Positions 57,349 through 64,000 of a DNA stretch of 64,000 bases are shown one piece after another (within the stretch, counting starts at the first letter, position 1; each line of letters starts with the position of its first letter). The stretch lies in contig JAJYWL010000016.1 in the NCBI GenBank assembly GCA_021791545.1, positions 155,704-219,703 of the forward strand, written 5' to 3'. The notes under the pieces were generated by a model. That model made no database searches. It was not told the DNA's origin and was given only the letters and a program-made list of their open reading frames with translations. Source of the stretch: a bacterium. GTDB taxonomy: Bacteria; Patescibacteriota; Microgenomatia; Levybacterales; UBA12049. Position numbers and translations under genes: made by a program.

Positions 57349-58674
57349 ATGGTTAAAGAGTTGTCCCGCGATAGCCGTACAAATATTTTCCAAGACATTT
57401 GGGAGACGTTTTCCTCTTTTGATAGATTCACAAAGTTAATGGTTTTGGGAATCCTTCTCATAGTCCTTATCACTCCGGCAGCTATTTCAGCTCAATATAT
57501 CCTTAGTCAGCATGCACAATCCTTGCCAACCGAGAATATCGATAATCCTGTTTCTCAAAAACCCGATAAAAGTAAAACTTTGCAGCAATCTCAAACAGCA
57601 ACACCCCAGACTCTTACTCCTCAGGCTGTAACGACAACTTCTTATTACGTTACAAACCAGGAAGTAATAAATGCTTTTAATGCAACCAATTCATGGAGGG
57701 CTCAAAATGGAGTGTTTGCCCTAAAGGCATCTAAAACATTGACAGACATTGCCCAATGGAAGGCAAATGATATGGCTACACATCAGTATTGTAGTCATAC
57801 CGATTCTTTAGGTAGAGATCCTTTCAAGATGATGGATGCAATGGGCTATGCTTTTAATACTTATAGGGCAGAGAATATTGCTTGTGGGCCGTGGTCAGGA
57901 GGACAGCAAGTATTTGATGCATTCAAAAATTCACCCGCTCATAACTCCGTAATGCTTGGAAATGTTTATTATGTAGTTGGTATAGCAAGAGCATATAATG
58001 CTGCAAATAGCAGTTATTATTGGGCTGAAGAATACGGAGGATATGTCTATACTCCAGTAACGTATGTTACAGCTCTTCCTTCTGCGACTTTAACGCCAAC
58101 TCCCATCGTTGCTCCTTCCGCTCCAACGGGATTAAACACTTCTACTTTTTGTCAGGGAACCGCATCGGGAGTTAATTTTGCCTGGTCAGCTACAGCAGGA
58201 GCTACATATTATCTTCAATCTTATGCCGGTTATGCCGCAGTCAATACTGGTACGGCAACATCAAGAAGAGTTCCTTCATCAACAACATGTACAACGGGAC
58301 CGGGAGGATGCAGTTTTAGCTACAATAACACTATAAATTGGTACGTTAAGGCGTGTAATAGCGCTGGATGTAGCCCTCAAAGTAATGGTCCGGCTGTTAC
58401 GACAAAAACTTGTTCAGCACAATATACGTTAAATGTAGCTGCTTATGCTCATGTAAGATCATATACTTTAGGAACTGGGGGTTGTATGAGCGGATATTCT
58501 GTATATAATTGGGGTGGAAATGCTTCATCTGCACCCTGTAATGCACCCGTCACAAGGAAATATTGTGGAACAACTACGAGTGGAACTACCTGTTATGTCA
58601 CTGCAGGGGTGTTTGCAGGTAAAAATGTACGTATATCTTCTTCCGACGGGACAAGCGTAACCCTCAGATATTAA
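57349..58674 (+). CDS. CAP (SCP/YkwD-like) domain surface protein with Cys-rich C-terminal region
   Basis: TM helix; N.WR..NG, AQWKANDM, SHTDS, AENIA and SPAHNSVML. Confidence 0.85.
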   Translation: MVKELSRDSRTNIFQDIWETFSSFDRFTKLMVLGILLIVLITPAAISAQYILSQHAQSLPTENIDNPVSQKPDKSKTLQQSQTATPQTLTPQAVTTTSYYVTNQEVINAFNATNSWRAQNGVFALKASKTLTDIAQWKANDMATHQYCSHTDSLGRDPFKMMDAMGYAFNTYRAENIACGPWSGGQQVFDAFKNSPAHNSVMLGNVYYVVGIARAYNAANSSYYWAEEYGGYVYTPVTYVTALPSATLTPTPIVAPSAPTGLNTSTFCQGTASGVNFAWSATAGATYYLQSYAGYAAVNTGTATSRRVPSSTTCTTGPGGCSFSYNNTINWYVKACNSAGCSPQSNGPAVTTKTCSAQYTLNVAAYAHVRSYTLGTGGCMSGYSVYNWGGNASSAPCNAPVTRKYCGTTTSGTTCYVTAGVFAGKNVRISSSDGTSVTLRY

Positions 58675-58699
58675 AAAGATTTAGGGAATACTTAAGTTC

Positions 58700-58728
58700 T
58701 TGCATTTGGCCTTCCATTTTTATATAAT
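58700..58728 (+). promoter_or_regulatory. rplC operon promoter
   Basis: TTGCAT-17 nt-TATAAT. Confidence 0.75.
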
Positions 58729-58730
58729 TG

Positions 58731-58820
58731 TCTGTAATTAAATGAACTAAAGGACTATCTAGGGAAGCCTACAGAAATTTAGAAAATAAAGGCGGCTCAA
58801 GTAGTCGCTTTTTGTTTGTT
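58731..58820 (+). promoter_or_regulatory. Candidate attenuator leader of the rplC operon
   Basis: Terminator at 58788-58820 with a competing strand at 58749-58758. Confidence 0.55.
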
Positions 58821-58828
58821 AAAAAGAT

Positions 58829-59737
58829 ATGCAGTTACGAGCAGTTTTAGGAAAGAAATTAGATCAGACACAAGCATTCTTGGAAGACGGAACAAGAGTT
58901 CCTGTTTCTGTTATTGATGTTAAGGGAAATTTTGTTTCTCAGATTAAGACTTCGGAAAAAGAAGGATACAATTCTGTACAGCTTGCATTCGGAAATAAAA
59001 AGAAATTAAACAAAGCAACAACAGGTCACTTAAATAAAGCGGGAATAAAAGAACAACCCCGCTTTTTTAGAGAAATAAGAGCAGAAGAAGCAGTCGAAAT
59101 TGAACTTGGTTCAAATGTTGATGCTTCAACTGTTTTACAACCTGGAGATATAGTAGATGTTTCAGGAGTATCTAAAGGAAAAGGATTTGCAGGTGGAGTA
59201 AAAAGATTCCATTTCAGAGGAGGACCTAGAACTCACGGACAATCGGATAGAGAAAGAGCACCAGGATCAATAGGACAAACAACAACTCCCGGTAGAGTAT
59301 ACAAGGGAAAAAGAATGGCCGGAAGAATGGGAACAGAAAATGTTACCGTCAAAAATCTTGAGGTATTGGAAGTTAAAGACGGAACAGTCTTGATAAGAGG
59401 TTTGGTTCCTGGATTTAAAAATAACTTTTTGGTCATAGAAAAAGTAGGAGAGAATAAAAAATTCAAACCTTTATACAGAGAACCTGAAGAAGTAACAGAA
59501 GAACCTGTACAGGCAGAAGCCCAGGTAGAACAGGTAGAGCCGGTAGGAGAAACTTCAGCAGAGGGAGTACAGGCAGAAGCAGTAATCGAACAGGCACAGC
59601 CTGTTGAGGAAACTTCCGTAGAGGAAGTAGAGGCACCTGCAGTCGAAGTTCAGGAAGGAACACAAGAACAAGCAGAAGAGCAAGCACCTGTTGAGGAAAA
59701 GGGAGAAGAACAACAAAAAGAGGAGGAAGCTAAATAA
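58829..59737 (+). CDS. rplC: 50S ribosomal protein L3 with long acidic C-terminal extension
   Basis: SKGKGFAGGVKR, RAPGSIG and GKRMAGRMG. Confidence 0.97.
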   Translation: MQLRAVLGKKLDQTQAFLEDGTRVPVSVIDVKGNFVSQIKTSEKEGYNSVQLAFGNKKKLNKATTGHLNKAGIKEQPRFFREIRAEEAVEIELGSNVDASTVLQPGDIVDVSGVSKGKGFAGGVKRFHFRGGPRTHGQSDRERAPGSIGQTTTPGRVYKGKRMAGRMGTENVTVKNLEVLEVKDGTVLIRGLVPGFKNNFLVIEKVGENKKFKPLYREPEEVTEEPVQAEAQVEQVEPVGETSAEGVQAEAVIEQAQPVEETSVEEVEAPAVEVQEGTQEQAEEQAPVEEKGEEQQKEEEAK

Positions 59738-60465
59738 TGCCAGCAGCTAAAAAGACAACAGTTAAAAAAGAAGCAGTTAAAAAGGCACCTGTAAAAGCAG
59801 AAGTCAAAGCTCCAAAGGCAGAAGGACTTTCAGTTCAGGTCTTTGATTTGACAGGAAAATCTGCAGGGAAAGTAGAGCTTCCAAAAGAAATATTTGGAGT
59901 GAAGGTAAACGAAGGTCTTATCTCTCAGGCGGTAAGAGTATATCTTGCAAACAGAAGAAGAGGAACAGTCTCTACCAAATCAAGGGGAGAAGTAAAGATC
60001 TCTACAAAGAAAATATATAGACAAAAAGGAACGGGAAGAGCAAGACACGGTGCAAAATCAGCTCCAATATTTGTCGGAGGAGGAGTAGCATTTGGACCAA
60101 AACCAAGAGATTATTCTTTGAAACTTTCTCAGAAAATGAAAAAAGTAGCACTTTTCTCTGCTCTTTCTTCAAAACTTAAAGACGGAGAGATAAAAGTTTT
60201 ATCGGGTCTTGAAAAAGTAGAACCTAAGACAAAAAACATGGAAAAAACATTCGAAAGCCTTGAGCTTAATGCAAAAGGAAGAAATGTTCTTTTGGTAACA
60301 GTAAAAGGAATGGATAATGCGGGAAAAGCGGGAAGAAATCTAAAAGGAGTAAGAATATTAAATGCAAACCTTTTGAATACATATGACGTTTTGAATAACA
60401 AAGGAATAGTTCTTGCAAAAGAATCTATAGAAGCTTTAAGAGAAACTTTTTTGAAGGAGAAATAA
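59737..60465 (+). CDS. rplD: 50S ribosomal protein L4
   Basis: RQKGTGRARHG and GGGVAFGPKPR. Confidence 0.98.
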   Translation: MPAAKKTTVKKEAVKKAPVKAEVKAPKAEGLSVQVFDLTGKSAGKVELPKEIFGVKVNEGLISQAVRVYLANRRRGTVSTKSRGEVKISTKKIYRQKGTGRARHGAKSAPIFVGGGVAFGPKPRDYSLKLSQKMKKVALFSALSSKLKDGEIKVLSGLEKVEPKTKNMEKTFESLELNAKGRNVLLVTVKGMDNAGKAGRNLKGVRILNANLLNTYDVLNNKGIVLAKESIEALRETFLKEK

Positions 60466-60753
60466 ATGATAATTTTAAGTCCTGTTATAACAGAAAAATC
60501 AATGAATGACGTATCTAAAGGAAGATACACATTTAAAGTGGATAATAAAGCAAATAAAAATGAAATTAAAAAAGAAGTAGAAAAAAGATTCAGTGTTAAT
60601 GTTACAAACATTTCTACAGTTACCATTAAAGGAAGGACTGCAAGAAGAGGATCAAGAAGAGAAGAAGTAAAACTTCAGCCATTTAAAAAAGCAGTCGTAA
60701 CATTAAAGGCAGGACAAAAAATAGGAATGTTTGAAGCAGGAGGAGAAAAATAA
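60466..60753 (+). CDS. rplW: 50S ribosomal protein L23
   Basis: PVITEKS, ANKNEIK and KKAVVTL. Confidence 0.97.
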   Translation: MIILSPVITEKSMNDVSKGRYTFKVDNKANKNEIKKEVEKRFSVNVTNISTVTIKGRTARRGSRREEVKLQPFKKAVVTLKAGQKIGMFEAGGEK

Positions 60754-61506
60754 ATGAAAAATCTTAAATTCATAAAAAAGAAAAATTCCGGAAGAGATCA
60801 AAGCGGAAAAGTTTCTGTCAGACATCAGGGGGGACAACAGAAAAGATTCTATAGAGTTGTCGATTTCAAAAGAGATAAAAGAGATATTGCAGGAAAGATT
60901 GTTGCAATAGAGTACGATCCAAATAGAACCGTAGATATTGCTTTGGTACAATACCAAGACGGAGAAAAAAGATTTATTTTGGCTCCTCAAGGATTAGGTT
61001 TAAATGATACAATTGTATCCGGCGAAAACGTCGAGTTAAAAAACGGTAACGCAATGCCTATGGTTAACATGCCGATAGGTACAGTTATCCATAACATAGA
61101 ACTTGTTCCGGGACACGGTGGACAGATGGCAAGATCAAGCGGAACAAGCGCAACAATTGCAGCAAGAGAAGGAAACTTTGTACATCTTAAACTTCCTTCA
61201 GGAGAAGTAAGAAAAGTTTTAGCAGCCGGAATGGCAACAATCGGCGCATTAGGAAATGCAGATTGGAAAAACAGAGTTTTCAAAAAAGCAGGAACAAGAA
61301 GACATATGGGAATCAGGCCAACCGTAAGAGGAGTAGCAATGAATCCAAGATCACATCCTCATGGAGGAGGAGAAGGAAGATCCGGAATCGGTATGTCACT
61401 TCCTAAAACATTTGCTGGAAGACCTGCAGTAGGAAAAACAAGAAGACCAACAAAATATTCTAATAAATATATTTTGCAAAGGAGGAAAGCTGGAAAGCAT
61501 AACTAA
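60754..61506 (+). CDS. rplB: 50S ribosomal protein L2
   Basis: EYDPNR and [16 protein letters not shown]. Confidence 0.98.
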   Translation: MKNLKFIKKKNSGRDQSGKVSVRHQGGQQKRFYRVVDFKRDKRDIAGKIVAIEYDPNRTVDIALVQYQDGEKRFILAPQGLGLNDTIVSGENVELKNGNAMPMVNMPIGTVIHNIELVPGHGGQMARSSGTSATIAAREGNFVHLKLPSGEVRKVLAAGMATIGALGNADWKNRVFKKAGTRRHMGIRPTVRGVAMNPRSHPHGGGEGRSGIGMSLPKTFAGRPAVGKTRRPTKYSNKYILQRRKAGKHN

Positions 61507-61511
61507 ATAAT

Positions 61512-61796
61512 ATGGCAAGGAGTTCAAAAAAAGGACCATTTGTAGATCCAAGAATTGTTAAAAAAGTAATGAAGCAGAAAGAAACCGGCGATAAGTCCGT
61601 AATAAAAGTATGGAATAGAGCCTGTGTTATTTCTCCTGAATTTGTAGGACATACAATCGGTGTTTATAACGGAAAAGTATTTATAAACGTCTTTGTTTCA
61701 GAAGCAATGGTAGGACATAGACTCGGAGAATTTTCTCCTACAAGAACATTTAGAACACACGGAAGAGTAGTAGCAAGGGAGATATCTAAGACATAA
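61512..61796 (+). CDS. rpsS: 30S ribosomal protein S19
   Basis: [10 protein letters not shown] and [13 protein letters not shown]. Confidence 0.98.
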   Translation: MARSSKKGPFVDPRIVKKVMKQKETGDKSVIKVWNRACVISPEFVGHTIGVYNGKVFINVFVSEAMVGHRLGEFSPTRTFRTHGRVVAREISKT

Positions 61797-61797
61797 C

Positions 61798-62196
61798 ATG
61801 GAAATAAGAGCAGTATCTAAATCAGTTAGAGTAAGTCCAAGAAAAGTAAGATTGGTAGCCCAAGTTATAAGAAACCAGAAGGCTGATGATGCTTTAAGGA
61901 CTTTATATCTTCTTAAAAAAAGAGGATCTTTGGTCTTGGAGAAAACATTAAAGAGTGCTATTGCCAATGCAACAAATAATGCAAATTTGAAAAGGGAAGA
62001 TTTGGTTATCAAAAGCCTTGATGTTTTGGAAGCACCTGCTTACAAAAGATATCATCCTTCAACAAGAGGAAGGATACATCCTTATAAAAAAAGAGGAAGC
62101 CATATAACTATAGTTTTGGAAGATTTAAAAGTTGAAGCTCCAAAAGAAGAAGTAAAAAAAGAAGTTAAAGAAAAGAAAGAAGAGGTAAAAAAATAA
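61798..62196 (+). CDS. rplV: 50S ribosomal protein L22
   Basis: SPRKVRLVA, SAIANA and SHITIVL. Confidence 0.97.
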   Translation: MEIRAVSKSVRVSPRKVRLVAQVIRNQKADDALRTLYLLKKRGSLVLEKTLKSAIANATNNANLKREDLVIKSLDVLEAPAYKRYHPSTRGRIHPYKKRGSHITIVLEDLKVEAPKEEVKKEVKEKKEEVKK

Positions 62197-62832
62197 ATGG
62201 GAAAGAAAGTTAATCCAAAAGTATTAAGAATAGGACCATTACTTACTTGGGACAGCAGATGGTTTGACGACAGAAGATACAAGGAAACCTTGCTTGAAGA
62301 TTTCCATATAAGAAGATCTTTGATGGAAAGACTAAAAAATGCGGGAGTATCTTCAATCGAAATAGAAAGATCTATAAATAACATTAAGATAACAGCATAT
62401 GTCTCCAAGCCAGGAATGGTTATAGGAAGAGGCGGAGCAGGACTTGAAGAACTCAAAGTATTTTTGACAGAACTTCTTAAAAAAGGAAACAAGAATCAGT
62501 TCAAACTTGATATAAGGATTGAACCTATTAAGGATCCAAATCTTGATGCATACTTGGTTGCAAGAAATGTTTCTGACCAATTGATAAGAAGACTTCCTGC
62601 AAAAAGAGTTTTGGCTCAAAATGTCGAAAGAGTAATGGCATCCGGAGCAAAAGGAGTAAGAATAGTTCTTTCCGGAAGAATCGGTGGAGCTGAAATTGGA
62701 AGAAGAGAAAGATTACAGGTTGGTAAAGTTCCATTATCAACAATAAGAGCAAACATTAGCTATGCAAGCTTGCCAGCTCTTACAAAGAAAGGATATATCG
62801 GAGTAAAAGTCTGGATAAATAGAGAGGAATAA
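62197..62832 (+). CDS. rpsC: 30S ribosomal protein S3
   Basis: [24 protein letters not shown] and GVKVWI. Confidence 0.98.
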   Translation: MGKKVNPKVLRIGPLLTWDSRWFDDRRYKETLLEDFHIRRSLMERLKNAGVSSIEIERSINNIKITAYVSKPGMVIGRGGAGLEELKVFLTELLKKGNKNQFKLDIRIEPIKDPNLDAYLVARNVSDQLIRRLPAKRVLAQNVERVMASGAKGVRIVLSGRIGGAEIGRRERLQVGKVPLSTIRANISYASLPALTKKGYIGVKVWINREE

Positions 62833-62833
62833 T

Positions 62834-63247
62834 ATGTTAACACCAAGAAGAGCAAAATATAGAAAACAATTTAGAGGAAACTTAAAAGGAGATTCATATA
62901 GAGGAACAACAATTTCTTTTGGGGAATACGGAATAATGGCTGAGACAATGGGATGGATTACATCAAGACAAATTGAAGCGGCAAGAAGAGCTATTACCCA
63001 TTACACCCAAAGAGGAGGAAGGGTTTGGATAAGAATATTTCCGGATAAACCTATTACCAAGAAACCTGCTGAAACCAGAATGGGATCGGGAAAAGGTGAT
63101 GTATCTGAATTCGTAGCACCTGTAAAACCGGGAAGAATACTCTTCGAAATGGGAGGAGTTTCAAAAGAAACAGCAATGGCAGCATTAAGACTTGCATCAA
63201 ACAAACTTAATGTAAAAACAAAAATTGTAGAAAAACAGGAATTATAA
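62834..63247 (+). CDS. rplP: 50S ribosomal protein L16
   Basis: [15 protein letters not shown] and RMGSGKG. Confidence 0.98.
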   Translation: MLTPRRAKYRKQFRGNLKGDSYRGTTISFGEYGIMAETMGWITSRQIEAARRAITHYTQRGGRVWIRIFPDKPITKKPAETRMGSGKGDVSEFVAPVKPGRILFEMGGVSKETAMAALRLASNKLNVKTKIVEKQEL

Positions 63248-63249
63248 AT

Positions 63250-63477
63250 ATGAAAACAAAAGAGAAAAAAGATTTATTTACTAAAAGTTCAAACGAATTG
63301 GGAAAGTTACTTTCCGAAGCACGCGAGGATTTGGTAAACTTAAATCTCGAGAAAGTACAGAATAAACTTAAGAATCAAAGATCAATCTTTATGAAAAGAA
63401 AAGAAATAGCATTAATAGCAACAGCATTAAGAGAAAAGAAAATCTTAGAAGCGGCAGCAGTTAAGGAGACTAAATAA
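63250..63477 (+). CDS. rpmC: 50S ribosomal protein L29
   Basis: Operon position; EL...L....RKEIA...T helical pattern. Confidence 0.9.
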   Translation: MKTKEKKDLFTKSSNELGKLLSEAREDLVNLNLEKVQNKLKNQRSIFMKRKEIALIATALREKKILEAAAVKETK

Positions 63478-63480
63478 AAT

Positions 63481-63711
63481 ATGAAAACATTTGACGGAAA
63501 AATAGTATCACTTAAAATGGACAAGACAGCAGTGGTAGAAGTAACAAGATACCAGGCTCATCCATTGTACAGAAAACTTATAAAATTAAGTAAAAAATAC
63601 AAGGTAGAAAAGGGAGATAAAGAATTGCAGTTGGGGGAAAGAGTAAAAATCGGACAGACAAAACCAACAGCAAAAGGAAAATATTTTAAAATTGTGGAGG
63701 TAATTAAATAA
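63481..63711 (+). CDS. rpsQ: 30S ribosomal protein S17
   Basis: G.IVS.KMDKT.VV and HPLY.K. Confidence 0.96.
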   Translation: MKTFDGKIVSLKMDKTAVVEVTRYQAHPLYRKLIKLSKKYKVEKGDKELQLGERVKIGQTKPTAKGKYFKIVEVIK

Positions 63712-64000
63712 TGATACAGCATAGAACAATGTTAAGGGTTGCCGACAATTCAGGCGCAAAAGTCTTACAAGTAATCCATATTTTTGGAGGATCAAGAAGA
63801 AAATTCGGATATTTGGGAGACGTCTTAAATTGTGTAGTAAAAGAGGCAATTCCAACAGGACAGGTAAAAGAAAGTGAAATAGTAAAAGTAGTTTTGGTAA
63901 GAGCAAGAAAAGAGCATAAAAGAGCAGACGGTTCATATGTAAGATTCTCTGAAAATGCGGGAGTAGTCATAGATAACGCAAAAGATAAGAATCCAAGAGG
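63711..64000 (+). CDS. rplN: 50S ribosomal protein L14 (partial; runs off the window edge)
   Basis: Manual translation MIQHRTMLRVADNSGAK...RADGSYVRFSENAGV; TAATG overlap with rpsQ. Confidence 0.97.
   Translation, partial: MIQHRTMLRVADNSGAKVLQVIHIFGGSRRKFGYLGDVLNCVVKEAIPTGQVKESEIVKVVLVRARKEHKRADGSYVRFSENAGVVIDNAKDKNPR

Noticed and set aside
43368-63970. Many 60-200 aa ORFs antisense to or overlapping rpoBC, fusA, tuf and r-protein genes
   Set aside because: Shadow frames arising from codon bias, with no motifs or expression signals
1-64000. Alternative genetic code (UGA=Gly) as in Gracilibacteria/Absconditabacteria
   Set aside because: Core genes are full length in code 11 and TGA ends several genes, including ATGA overlaps

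Overview
An AT-rich, very compact bacterial chromosome segment in standard genetic code 11 (TGA is used as stop). Gene forms and order point to Patescibacteria/CPR, probably Microgenomates; this is inferred from the short IF2, AlaRS, MetRS and HrcA, the protease-less Lon ATPase and the baseplate-J-like/sortase/mltG block. 1-12 kb is an accessory/envelope region: two GT2 glycosyltransferases, TatD, NRAMP, two membrane-anchored Mrr-like nucleases plus NERD, TspO, FecR-like, GH18 and ArsR. Then come metK (with a SAM-I/IV-type riboswitch), metG, hrcA-grpE-dnaK-dnaJ (with CIRCE), an MFS transporter, nusA-infB-DHH-rpsO-pnp-Lon-ATPase-rnj, ftsK-rodZ, alaS-baseplateJ-like-sortase-AMP phosphorylase-mltG, rpoBC, and the str/S10 ribosomal cluster broken up by inserted genes. 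I saw no tRNA, rRNA, CRISPR, transposase or prophage. The most notable signals are cis-regulatory RNA candidates (SAM riboswitch, rpoB leader pseudoknot, rplC attenuator, terminator-like hairpins over the fusA/tuf/rpsJ start sites), pervasive leaderless genes, an RNA-decay cluster containing a protease-less Lon and degenerate nucleases, a membrane nuclease cluster, and rifampicin-pocket substitutions in RpoB. All calls were made by eye, without database searches or folding software.
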